A stretch of 64,000 bases of DNA from an uncultured Dehalococcoidia bacterium. GTDB taxonomy: Bacteria; Chloroflexota; Dehalococcoidia; DSTF01; WHTK01. Positions 13,246 to 22,129 of the stretch are shown one piece after another. Position 1 is the first letter of the stretch. Each line of letters begins with the position of its first letter. Location of the stretch: positions 13,039 through 77,038 of the forward strand of contig CAYRCD010000005.1 of the NCBI GenBank assembly GCA_964422735.1, given 5' to 3'. Both the position numbers and the translations under genes were made by a program. The notes below the pieces were generated by a model. It did not search any database. It saw nothing but the letters and a program-made list of their open reading frames with translations, and had not been told where the DNA came from.

Positions 13246-14608
13246 CGCTGTCTCCTTCGACACGCTCAGCACGGGGTCCATCCTCGTCCAGGTCTAGCTC
13301 GCCCGCGAAAACACCCTCGGTTTCGATAAGCCGCTCGCGGAAAGCCTTCACCCCGTCCTGATCACCCATCATCGCCTGCCTGGTTGCCACGAACAGCCGC
13401 GTGGACTCGATCACGCAGTAGCGCATGCTCTCGGCGGCGATCCGAAGCGAGTCCTCGTACTGACGCGGACGCTCTTTCGGAGGCTGGTCGCGGAAGCCGT
13501 TGACGACGATCAGGCCCAGCGGACGCTGTCCGCGGCCGGCGATGTGCTCCTCCAGACGCTGGCGCAGGCGGTAGTGGGGGGCCATGCCGACGGCTCCGTC
13601 ACTGCCCTCGGTCTCGAGAAGCAGGTTCGCTTCGCCCGTGGAGAAGACCGCGGGCTCGTCAGCCTTACTGAAGCTGGCGAAGCCGACCAGGGCCAGGGCG
13701 TCGCGGACCGGCAGGTCGAGGCCATATTTGCCTTCTTGCCAGAGCATGCGCCGGTAGCGGTCGAGGGAGCGGAACGCGTTGCGGGCCTCGTCGATCTCCG
13801 TCTCCGCCACTTCCATGCCCTCTTCGGCCTTCGCCAGGCGCTGCTCCGCCTCGGGCAGCCCGGGCAGCGCGAACGACGATATCCAGGCCGGCGCCGGCCC
13901 CTCAGCATTGAGAAGGAGGGCGTTCCTGACACTGGTCACGATCGACGCCGCGAGGCTGCCTCGGTCCATGGTGGCGAGGCTAGACGGCACCGCGGGAAGG
14001 AAAACGACGCGGCCCCCGCCCACCGCGAGCTCGACGGCGATGGCGGCGCCGCCGGGGCTTCGCGCTATCACCTTGCCGTGATTGCCAATGCCGTCGGCGC
14101 CCTCGGTAAACAGGGCACGATAGGCCACCGAGGCGCGGTGCCGCTCGAAGAAGTCGGCGAAGGGATGCTCGAAGTCGGTGGCAGCGACGTGGGTGCCGCC
14201 GGCGGGCTTGATCAGCTCGGGGCCGTAGCTGAGGCCGGCGGGCGCCGGCAGCCAGTAGTAGCGATGACAGCCGGTGAAGCCGGCGACGCGCGGATGGGGG
14301 ACGTCGGGATAGGCGAAGCAAACAACGAGGCCCCCCTTGCCGAGGAGGCGCTCGACCTCGTCCCGGCGGCGTCGCAGGAGGTCGAGGAGGCCGACTGCGC
14401 TCGCGGTCGTGGGGCCGTTTTCGATCGGTTGCTCGTTAAAAGAGGTGAAGCTGAGGCCGTCGCGGGTCACGCCCTCGACCATCTCGGACACGGCGACGGC
14501 AGGGTCGACGACGATAGCGTCGTAGTCGAAAAAGGAGAGGGCGCTGGCCCAGTCATAGTTGTCGACCGAGCTGTCAGGAAGAGCGATGCCGAGCGCGAGG
14601 ATGCGCAT
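13238..14608 (-). CDS. conserved hypothetical protein with coiled coil and possible degenerate PD-(D/E)XK-like C-terminus
   Basis: 456-aa ORF coupled to galU (TAATG overlap) and overlapping the SDR start. Domain call is by eye only. Confidence 0.6.
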   Translation of the reverse strand: MRILALGIALPDSSVDNYDWASALSFFDYDAIVVDPAVAVSEMVEGVTRDGLSFTSFNEQPIENGPTTASAVGLLDLLRRRRDEVERLLGKGGLVVCFAYPDVPHPRVAGFTGCHRYYWLPAPAGLSYGPELIKPAGGTHVAATDFEHPFADFFERHRASVAYRALFTEGADGIGNHGKVIARSPGGAAIAVELAVGGGRVVFLPAVPSSLATMDRGSLAASIVTSVRNALLLNAEGPAPAWISSFALPGLPEAEQRLAKAEEGMEVAETEIDEARNAFRSLDRYRRMLWQEGKYGLDLPVRDALALVGFASFSKADEPAVFSTGEANLLLETEGSDGAVGMAPHYRLRQRLEEHIAGRGQRPLGLIVVNGFRDQPPKERPRQYEDSLRIAAESMRYCVIESTRLFVATRQAMMGDQDGVKAFRERLIETEGVFAGELDLDEDGPRAERVEGDSDG

Positions 14609-15483
14609 TAGGGCTCGCCCAGGTCGAGAGTTCGTAGATAAGCGCGCAACTCCGGCGCGACGTCTGGGCGATTCAGGCCGAAGGCGACGTTCGCCACGAC
14701 GAACGCCAGCGGACGGCCGATGTCGAAGCGGACGCCCTCGAACTGATACGCGTACATTCCCTCCTCGTCGGCGAGCACCTGCATGGCGTCGGTGATTTGC
14801 AGCTCGCCGCCGTGGCCGCGCGGCGTCCGCTCGATCGCCTCGAATACCGTCGGCGTAAAGAGATAGCGGCCCACAATTGCCAGGCGGCCGGGCGCCGTGC
14901 CGGGCCGCGGCTTTTCGACCAGCGTCCGCAGGCGGAAGGTGCGGTCGGCGACCTCCTCTCCGGCGACGATCCCGTAGCTCGAGGTCAGCTCTTCGGGCAC
15001 TTCCTCGACGGCGACCACGCTGCCCTTAAACCGGTGGAAGCAGTCGACAAGCTGCCTCGCGGCGGGTCGAGAGCTGACGATGACGTCGTCGGGAAGGAAG
15101 AGGAGGAAGGGCTCATCGCCCACGAGGTGGCGCGCGGTGAGGACGGCATGGCCGATGCCGCCCATCTCGCCCTGGCGGACGTAGGCGAAGTTGGCCATGT
15201 CGGAGATGCGTCGGATCTCCTCGTACCGCGCCTGGTCGCCCTTTTCGAGCAACAGCTGTTCGATGTCGCGGGAGCGGTCGAAGTAGTCCTCAACGGCGCG
15301 CTTGCCGATGGCGGTGACGATGATGATGTCGGTGATGCCGGCACCGACGGCTTCCTCTACCGAGTAGTGGATCACGGGCCGGTCGACCAGGGGCAGCATC
15401 TCCTTGGGCTGGGCCTTGGTGACCGGCAGGAGGCGCGTACCGTAGCCGGCCGCGAGGATCACGGCCTTTCTTACCTGGAGCAG
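14608..15483 (-). CDS. galU: UTP--glucose-1-phosphate uridylyltransferase
   Basis: VRKAVILAAGYGTRLLPVTKAQPKEMLP, YVRQ, LVEKP, GELQITDA. Conserved VRKA residues lie upstream of GTG 15462, implying a CTG start at 15483. Confidence 0.92.
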   Translation of the reverse strand: MLQVRKAVILAAGYGTRLLPVTKAQPKEMLPLVDRPVIHYSVEEAVGAGITDIIIVTAIGKRAVEDYFDRSRDIEQLLLEKGDQARYEEIRRISDMANFAYVRQGEMGGIGHAVLTARHLVGDEPFLLFLPDDVIVSSRPAARQLVDCFHRFKGSVVAVEEVPEELTSSYGIVAGEEVADRTFRLRTLVEKPRPGTAPGRLAIVGRYLFTPTVFEAIERTPRGHGGELQITDAMQVLADEEGMYAYQFEGVRFDIGRPLAFVVANVAFGLNRPDVAPELRAYLRTLDLGEP

Positions 15484-15542
15484 TCCGGCACCTCCGCGCG
15501 ACCTCGAATGGGCGCGAAAAATTCTAGCACGGGGGGCGTGCG

Positions 15543-15605
15543 GGGACTGGGAACGCGAGCCTAGGAACTGATGGCTGACTTCTGAGGACTGAGAACTGAG
15601 GACTT
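15543..15605. repeat. degenerate heptamer tandem repeat
   Basis: GAACTGA TGGCTGA CTTCTGA GGACTGA GAACTGA GGACT (15565-15604) with weaker upstream units, between divergent galU and sodN. Confidence 0.7.
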
Positions 15606-15689
15606 TGCTATATTAGGCGTCGAGCCGAAGGCGCTCACCCTCCCCGCCGTCCTATCCGTGTCTTCATTAGCTTCCGCACAGGAGGAGAG

Positions 15690-16205
15690 ATGAATCGCTT
15701 CGCCAGTCCCTTGCTCAGGCTCCTCGACCGGGTCGCGCCGCCGGAGTCGGTTTCCGCCCATTGCGACATTCCTTGCGGCATCTATGACCCGCACGCGGCC
15801 CAGATCGCGGCCCTCACCGTCGTCCGCATGAACCAGCTCATCGGCAATCTCCAGATGGCCAGCCAGGACAAGGCCGGAATGGACGTCTACGCCAACTCGT
15901 ACTCCCGTTATGTCGCGACCAAGGAAAGCCACGCCGAGCTGTGCAAGAAAGAGATCGACATCCTTTGGCACGACTACTTCCGGCCGGAGCACCTGGAGAA
16001 GTACCCGGATCTGCACACGGTGGTCTGGAACGCCGACAAGCTCGCTTCGCGCTGCAAGCAGAACGTCGACCTCGAGGCGGCTAACGGGCTCCTGGCGGCG
16101 ACACACCAGATCGCCGAGATCTTCTGGGCAACCAAGAGCGTCGCCACCCGCAAGGGACCCTCGAACCAAACCGTGGGTGGCGAGCTGGTCTACGTCGCGG
16201 GCTAG
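15690..16205 (+). CDS. sodN: nickel superoxide dismutase precursor
   Basis: Ni-hook HCDIPCGIYDP after a 24-aa pro-sequence; LWHDYF, CKQ, IFWATK; AGGAGG RBS. Confidence 0.95.
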   Translation: MNRFASPLLRLLDRVAPPESVSAHCDIPCGIYDPHAAQIAALTVVRMNQLIGNLQMASQDKAGMDVYANSYSRYVATKESHAELCKKEIDILWHDYFRPEHLEKYPDLHTVVWNADKLASRCKQNVDLEAANGLLAATHQIAEIFWATKSVATRKGPSNQTVGGELVYVAG

Positions 16206-16313
16206 GCGGCCGATTGCCGTAACGTAAGTCCGGCAGCCTGGGACCCAGGCGCCGACGCGGGCACGCTGAGCTTGGCCGTCGAGACTGCAAGTCTCGGCTA
16301 CGGATGAGGTGTC

Positions 16314-16727
16314 ATGAGCAGTGCATCGTGGCGCCGGCCGCTCTGGCGCCTTGCTATCGGCGCCGTCGCGATCGAAGGGGTCCTGTTCGTGATCACGACG
16401 CGGCGTTTCCTTGTGGAGGGCCGGAGCATGTTGCCCGCCCTCAAGCCGGGAGACCGCGTCGCCGCCAGCCGCTATGGCTTCATCTTTCGCCGCCCAAGAC
16501 CGGGTCACCTGGCCGTCGTCCGCGCTCCCGACGGCTCGGGTCGGCTGGACGTGAAGCGGCTCGCCGCCGGGCCGGGTGCGACGGTTGGGGTGCGGGGGCG
16601 TCAGGCCATCCTCGGGCCGCAGGAGTGGTTCGTTACCGGCGACAACGCGGCCGAGAGCAGCGACAGCCGGACGTGGGGCCCTGTTCACCGCCGCGACATC
16701 GTCGGCAAGGTCTGGTTCAAGTACTGA
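16314..16727 (+). CDS. sodX: nickel SOD maturation protease (S26 family)
   Basis: VEGRSMLPALKPGD, VKRL, GDNAAESSDSRTWGPV; directly downstream of sodN. Confidence 0.88.
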   Translation: MSSASWRRPLWRLAIGAVAIEGVLFVITTRRFLVEGRSMLPALKPGDRVAASRYGFIFRRPRPGHLAVVRAPDGSGRLDVKRLAAGPGATVGVRGRQAILGPQEWFVTGDNAAESSDSRTWGPVHRRDIVGKVWFKY

Positions 16728-16820
16728 TGGCGGCCGTGCTGGAGTGCGCGATTCGGATTCAAAGGGCGATCGCGGTGGCAGAGGCCGTTCAGGCCGCGGG
16801 CCGCCAGTTTATCGCCGGCG

Positions 16821-18089
16821 CTATTGCGTTGAAGCCGGCGGGCTTCCCCGCCAGGCCGCGGCCATCGCCACCGCGGACAGAAGCGGCAGCAGGGGAAGAT
16901 GGTATCGAGGTTCACCGAAGAACACGACGTGAACCGCCGTCCAGGCGAGCGCAGTCAGCGCCACGAGCCGCGCCTCCGGACTACGCCGCCCAAGCCGCGC
17001 CAGGCCGGCGAGGGCCAGAAGCGCAAGGGCGACATAAGTCCCGCCGATCAGCCAGCGCAGCGGTCCTGCCGTTCGACGTGGAAGCGGCGTGAGTCCGTAG
17101 CTCTCGACCCAGGTCAGGGCGTCTGTATCCGGCCGCCAGAGGTACCATGCCTTCTTCAGCGTTAGCTTCGCCTCGTCGAACGGGTGCCCGGCCGCGTAGT
17201 CGATGGCGCGCCGGGTCCCGGCCTGGTTGAACACGACTTCAAGGGCGCGAAAGTCGCGCGCGGGCTCGTCCCAGAGATCCTGAGGCGTCACGTAGCGCCC
17301 CGTCGCGTAGGGGGCGTGACCAACGCGGAGGTTGTAGCCGAAATTCGTCGAGAGCAGCACCGGCGCGTCGAGCGCGAGGCTGCTGCGCACGGCCCAGGGC
17401 AGGAGGACAGCCGACGCCGCCGCGGCCGCCGCGGCCGACATAAGGCCTGCCTTCTTCAAGCTCAGGCCCTTCCAGGCCCACCAGGCCAGCGCCACGGGCA
17501 GAAGAATCAGCGCCTGGCCGCGGACAAGGCTCGCCAGCCCGAGAACCACCCCGAAAAGGATGAGCCGGGAGGTGCGCACCTCGCGCTCGTTGCCCCCGGC
17601 CGTGATCAGAATCGCGACGGCGGCCGTGAAGATCAGAGTAAATAGCGTCTCCGAGAGGAGCACCGGCGTCCAGGCGACGAGGCTGGGCATGAGCGCCACG
17701 ACAACGGCAGCCGCGACGGCAGCGCGGCCATTGGCGAGGCGACGGGCGATCGCGTACGCGGGAACGACGCTCAGAGCGCCGAACAGCGCGTTCGCGCTGC
17801 GGGCGGTCGAGAACGAGGTCCCGAAGGCCTTGAAGGCACCGGCGAGAGCGATCGAATATCCCGGCGGGTAGAACGCGGTGGGATCCGCTCCGGGGCGGAA
17901 GCCGTCGGGAGTAAAGAGCACCGAGTACCCGTCGCCGGCGGCGAGGCTTCGGGCGGTGGCGTCGTAGTATTCGGCGTCCGAAAACGGCGGCGGCACGGGA
18001 GCCGTCCATATGCCCCAGGCGAGGCGTAAGACGAAAGCGAGGAGGACGACGGCGGCCAAAGCCACACCCGTGCTCCATGGTCTAGTCAC
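16821..18089 (-). CDS. ArnT/PMT-like (GT-C) membrane glycosyltransferase
   Basis: Multi-TM; SDAEYY, YPPGYS, LLSETLF, EPRYHLP motifs. Start set to GTG 18089. Confidence 0.78.
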   Translation of the reverse strand: MTRPWSTGVALAAVVLLAFVLRLAWGIWTAPVPPPFSDAEYYDATARSLAAGDGYSVLFTPDGFRPGADPTAFYPPGYSIALAGAFKAFGTSFSTARSANALFGALSVVPAYAIARRLANGRAAVAAAVVVALMPSLVAWTPVLLSETLFTLIFTAAVAILITAGGNEREVRTSRLILFGVVLGLASLVRGQALILLPVALAWWAWKGLSLKKAGLMSAAAAAAASAVLLPWAVRSSLALDAPVLLSTNFGYNLRVGHAPYATGRYVTPQDLWDEPARDFRALEVVFNQAGTRRAIDYAAGHPFDEAKLTLKKAWYLWRPDTDALTWVESYGLTPLPRRTAGPLRWLIGGTYVALALLALAGLARLGRRSPEARLVALTALAWTAVHVVFFGEPRYHLPLLPLLSAVAMAAAWRGSPPASTQ

Positions 18090-18261
18090 AGTCCAGGATT
18101 TCTGCAATGCGCCGGTCTCATCGCCGTTCGCTGCCCGAAGGCCTCGCCGCGTGAGTCTGGGCTCCAGGCGCCGCGCTGGCCACCTCGGCCAGGGACAGGC
18201 GGCTCCGGGCCGATGCGACCCGGCTTCCAATCCTCGCCCAAGGGGATGTTCGCGAGGCGCT

Positions 18262-18999
18262 CTAGGACCGGAAGTAGCAGCGCCCTCCGGGGCGCTGGTC
18301 CAGGGGCGTCTCGCAGCTCCAGTTGGGGTCCGAAAGCTGCTCGGCCGAATACGTGCGCCGGCAAGTGGCGCACTCGAGCTGGCGGTGGGCTATCGTGCCG
18401 GCGAATGGCGGAAACAGCGACTCGAGCTCGAGGCGGATCGGGTCGGCCGGGGGCAGGAACTGGCTGAAGTCGCCGGTCGGCTCCGTGCGAGGCATGCTGG
18501 CTTTGTTGTGGCTCTTGATCTTGTCCTGGAGGAGCATAAGCCCGGTGAGGAGCGACTCAGGCCGGGGCGGGCAGCCGGGGACATACACGTCGACGGGGAT
18601 GATCAAGTTGACGCCGGGTAGCGTGCTGTAACCGAAAGCGAAAGGGCCGCCCATGGTCGCGCAGCCGCCGAAAGCAATGACCCACTTGGGCTCGGGCATC
18701 TGCAGATAGACCCGGCGCACCGACGGGGCCATCTTCCAGGTTACCGTCCCCGCGACGATCATCAGGTCGGCCTGGCGCGGTGAGGCGCGGAAGACCTCGG
18801 CGCCAAAGCGCGCGATGTCGTAGCGGGAGGTGGCGGTCGCGATCATCTCGATGGCGCAACAGGCCAGGCCGAACATCGCCGGCCACAGCGAAGAGCTGCG
18901 CGCCCAGTTCAGGATGTTGTCGACCGACGCGAGCAAGAGGTTCTGCTCCACGTCCTGCTCGACCGAGGTCGAGATTATCGAGATGCTCTGGTCGGGCAC
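18262..18999 (-). CDS. nuoB: NADH-quinone oxidoreductase subunit B with Cys-rich C-terminal extension
   Basis: [43 protein letters not shown]. Confidence 0.92.
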   Translation of the reverse strand: MPDQSISIISTSVEQDVEQNLLLASVDNILNWARSSSLWPAMFGLACCAIEMIATATSRYDIARFGAEVFRASPRQADLMIVAGTVTWKMAPSVRRVYLQMPEPKWVIAFGGCATMGGPFAFGYSTLPGVNLIIPVDVYVPGCPPRPESLLTGLMLLQDKIKSHNKASMPRTEPTGDFSQFLPPADPIRLELESLFPPFAGTIAHRQLECATCRRTYSAEQLSDPNWSCETPLDQRPGGRCYFRS

Positions 19000-19117
19000 G
19001 ATGCTCTCAGCTCCCCTTCAATCCTGATCCCGGCCGAGACCGGAGTCGCAGCTGGAGGTCCATTTTGAATTCTAGTGGCCGCCCCTGGTTCGAACAACAA
19101 AGCCGCTTCGGGGGGCG

Positions 19118-20311
19118 TCAGCCGGCAGACGCCGGCTCGACGAGGGGCGAAAGGCGCCGCAACTTCTCCACGATAATCGGCAGGATGTCGAGCAAGCGGT
19201 CGATGTCGGCGCGCGTGTTGTCCTTACCTATTGAGATGCGAAGGCTGCCGCGCGCGACGTCGGCCGGGAGGCCCATGGCCGTCAGGACGTGCGAGGGCTC
19301 CAGCGAGCCGGTCGTGCAGGCTGAGCCGCTGCTGGCGGAGATGCCGTTGAGATCGAGCTGGATCAAGACGGCCTCACCCTCGACGCGCTCGACGCAGCAG
19401 CTGAAATTGCCCGGCAGGCGCCTGGTGGGGTCCGACGTTCCGGTCACAAGCACTCCGCGAAGCCGGCGGGGGATCTCGCGCCAGAGGTAATCGCGCAGGT
19501 TCCCAGCGTGGACGACGCGGCTGTCGAGCTCGTCGTAGGCCAGCTTGAGTGCCGCCGCGAACCCGACCGCGCCGGCGACGTTCTCGGTGCCGGCCCGCCG
19601 GTTGCGCTCCTGGCTGCCGCCCAGCAGCTGGCCGAGGAACGGGGTCCGCGGCCGGACGTAAAGGACGCCTACGCCCTTGGGGCCGTAAAACTTGTGGGCG
19701 GCGAGCGAGAGCATGTCGATACCCAGTCCATCGACATTTATCTCAAGCGAGCCCGCCGCCTGAACGGCATCGGTGTGAAAAACGATGTGGCGGTCGTAAT
19801 CCTTCACTATTCTGACCAGTTCGGCAATCGGTTCGAGCGTTCCCACCTCGTTGTTCGCCTGCATCACCGACACGACGGTTGTGTCGGGCCGCAGGGCGCG
19901 CTCGAGGTCCGCGGGGTCGACGAAGCCCTCGCTATCCACCGGAAGGTATGTCGCCGAAAAGCCGTCGCGCTCGAGCTGCTCTACGCTGTGGAGAACGGCG
20001 TGGTGCTCGATCGCGGTCGTGATTATGTGGGCGCCGCGCCCGCGCGACGCGAAGGCGGCGCCCCGAATCGCGGCGTTATCGCTCTCGCTGCCGCCGCTGG
20101 TGAAGACGATTTCGTTTGGCTTCGCACCCAGGACCTCGGCCACCGAACGGCGAGCGGCGTCGAGGCTGCGGCGGGCTTCGCGGCCCTCCAGGTAGATGCT
20201 CGATGGGTTGCCCCAGACGCCCGCGAGCACGGGCGTCATGGCTTCGAGCACGCGCGGGTCAAGAGGCGTGGTCGCGGCGTGGTCGAGGTAAACCCTGCCG
20301 GGCGCGATCAT
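19118..20311 (-). CDS. iscS: cysteine desulfurase (IscS/NifS type)
   Basis: YLDHAATTP, GNPSS, FTSGGSE, HTDAVQA, AHKFYGPKG (PLP Lys), SSGSACT. Confidence 0.93.
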   Translation of the reverse strand: MIAPGRVYLDHAATTPLDPRVLEAMTPVLAGVWGNPSSIYLEGREARRSLDAARRSVAEVLGAKPNEIVFTSGGSESDNAAIRGAAFASRGRGAHIITTAIEHHAVLHSVEQLERDGFSATYLPVDSEGFVDPADLERALRPDTTVVSVMQANNEVGTLEPIAELVRIVKDYDRHIVFHTDAVQAAGSLEINVDGLGIDMLSLAAHKFYGPKGVGVLYVRPRTPFLGQLLGGSQERNRRAGTENVAGAVGFAAALKLAYDELDSRVVHAGNLRDYLWREIPRRLRGVLVTGTSDPTRRLPGNFSCCVERVEGEAVLIQLDLNGISASSGSACTTGSLEPSHVLTAMGLPADVARGSLRISIGKDNTRADIDRLLDILPIIVEKLRRLSPLVEPASAG

Positions 20312-20374
20312 GGATCGAGGGTAACACTCTTACCGGGTTCCCGTTAATGACATTGAACGCAGGAGGCGGGAGCC

Positions 20375-20403
20375 TTGACCCGCCATTGAGGCACCCATAG
20401 GAT
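20375..20403 (+). promoter_or_regulatory. sigma70-type promoter for a leaderless regulator transcript
   Basis: TTGACC-17 nt-TAGGAT, ending 6 nt before ATG 20410. Confidence 0.65.
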
Positions 20404-20409
20404 CGTCCT

Positions 20410-21048
20410 ATGGAAAGCACGCGAATGAAGATAGTTGATATCCTCAGGCGCCGCAGGGAAGCGACGGTCGAGGAGTTGACCCAGAGCCTCGGCCTGGCAC
20501 AGGCGACGGTGCGGCGGCATCTCGATATCCTCCAGCGCGACGGTTACATCAGCGTCCGTCACGTCCGCCGTGCGACAGGCCGGCCCCACTACGCCTTCGC
20601 GCTGACGGGGGCGGGGGAGGACCTCTTTCCTCAGCACTACTTCCGCATCACGAACCGCCTCATAGACGAGATCATCGCCCTCGGGCCCGACGAGACCCGC
20701 GGGCGCTCGGGGCGGCAACTCGCCGCAGTGATCTTTGAGCGCATGGCCGACCGGCTGGCTTCGACGTACGGACCCAGGATCACGGGCACGGCGCTTGGCG
20801 AACGCTTGGACCAGGCGGTGACAATCCTTAATGGCGAGGGCATCGACTTCGAAATTCGCCGCGACGGCGAGTCCTTTGTGCTCCTGGGGCGCAGTTGCCC
20901 CTGCCGGCGCCTCGCCGAGGGGCATCCAGAACTGTGCCGCCACGACCAGCGCCTCCTGTCGCGCATGCTCGACGCACCAGTTGAGCGGTTATCGACGTCC
21001 CACACGGAAGACGGCTGCGCCTATCGAGTCAGCCCCGCAAGCTTGTAA
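20410..21048 (+). CDS. SufR-like Fe-S-sensing HTH transcriptional regulator
   Basis: N-terminal HTH (VRRHLDILQRDG, GRP, DLFPQHY); C-terminal Cx12C plus a distal Cys; between iscS and iscA. Confidence 0.78.
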   Translation: MESTRMKIVDILRRRREATVEELTQSLGLAQATVRRHLDILQRDGYISVRHVRRATGRPHYAFALTGAGEDLFPQHYFRITNRLIDEIIALGPDETRGRSGRQLAAVIFERMADRLASTYGPRITGTALGERLDQAVTILNGEGIDFEIRRDGESFVLLGRSCPCRRLAEGHPELCRHDQRLLSRMLDAPVERLSTSHTEDGCAYRVSPASL

Positions 21049-21110
21049 ATCCCCACCCATCGCATATAATTAGTACCGGCTTTCAATATTCGCGGCATGA
21101 GGAGAAAACG

Positions 21111-21485
21111 ATGGTCCTTGACCAGACGTTCGTGACAGTGACAGACAAGGCAGCCGCCAAGGCGCAGGCGATCTTGACCGAGCGCGGAATCGAGAACGGC
21201 GCCCTGCGCGTGTTCGTGGTCGGCGGCGGCTGCTCCGGCTACCAGTACGGCATGGCCATCGCCCGCAACCGCGAAGACGGCGATATCGCGATCGACATCA
21301 GCGGCGTGACGATCCTGGTCGACCAGGAGAGCGCCCCGCTCCTGCAGGGCGCCGAGGTCGACTATGTCGAAGACCTGATGAAGAGCGGCTTCACGATCTT
21401 CAACCCCAACGCCGTCAAGAGCTGCGCCTGCGGCTCCAGCTTCCAGACCGCGGACGGCACCGGCCAGGCCAAGGCCTGCTGCTAG
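21111..21485 (+). CDS. iscA: iron-sulfur cluster assembly accessory protein (IscA/ErpA/HesB)
   Basis: GGGCSGYQY, NPNAVKSCACGSSF; GAGGAG RBS; TATAAT at 21065-21070. Confidence 0.92.
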   Translation: MVLDQTFVTVTDKAAAKAQAILTERGIENGALRVFVVGGGCSGYQYGMAIARNREDGDIAIDISGVTILVDQESAPLLQGAEVDYVEDLMKSGFTIFNPNAVKSCACGSSFQTADGTGQAKACC

Positions 21486-21504
21486 CCGAGAAATCGATCA
21501 ACAG

Positions 21505-21537
21505 GAAACCGCCCCCGGCTCGGGGGCGTTTCTTTTC
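21505..21537 (+). terminator. intrinsic terminator
   Basis: Hairpin CGCCCCCG-GCT-CGGGGGCG followed by TTTCTTTT. Confidence 0.8.
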
Positions 21538-21569
21538 ATAGTCGCAAGAGCGAGAGATGGAGGCGTGCA

Positions 21570-22022
21570 ATGTCTTTTTGGATCGTCGTTGGTTCACCCG
21601 AGAACTTCGAGATCGCCGAGGGGCGCGGCTTCGACATGTTCGGCTTCAAGAGCACGCGGCGGCGCGAGTCGGCCGACATGAGGCCGGGCGACAAGCTCAT
21701 CTTCTACCTCACGGGCGTGATGAAGTTCGGCGGCGTGGCCGAGGTCACCTCAGAGGTGTTCGAGGACCACTCGCCGGTGTTCAAGTCGGAGAAGAAGCCC
21801 GGCGAGGATTACCCGTTCAGGGTCAAAGCCAGGCCCGACCGGCTTCTGGCCCGCGATCAGTGGCTGGACGTGAAGGAGTTCGCGACCCGCCTCGAGCTGA
21901 CGCGGCGGCGGGGTGAGCACTGGCGCCTCGCCTTTCAGGGAAACCTGCACAAGATTAGCCAGGAGGACTACGACCAGATTTCCAGCGCGGTCGACGAGGC
22001 CCGCAAGGTCCCCGCGCGCTAG
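21570..22022 (+). CDS. EVE domain-containing protein
   Basis: FWIVVGSPENF, MRPGDKLIFY, YPFRVK, WRLAFQG. Confidence 0.8.
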   Translation: MSFWIVVGSPENFEIAEGRGFDMFGFKSTRRRESADMRPGDKLIFYLTGVMKFGGVAEVTSEVFEDHSPVFKSEKKPGEDYPFRVKARPDRLLARDQWLDVKEFATRLELTRRRGEHWRLAFQGNLHKISQEDYDQISSAVDEARKVPAR

Positions 22023-22129
22023 CTCCCAGGGCTCCACCGGCTCGGGGCAGGCGCGCGCGCGAAAGGGACGCGACGCCGGCCCAGGCTTGAGCTTGTCGCG
22101 TCTTACCAACCATCCGTATCCTGAACCAG

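Noticed and set aside
19060-19117. tRNA suggested by GGTTCGAAC at 19087-19095
   Set aside because: No cloverleaf pairing or acceptor stem found.
22023-22129. SAM riboswitch upstream of the YitJ-type gene
   Set aside because: No SAM-I core motifs recognised; the -10 box 7 nt before the ATG implies a leaderless transcript.
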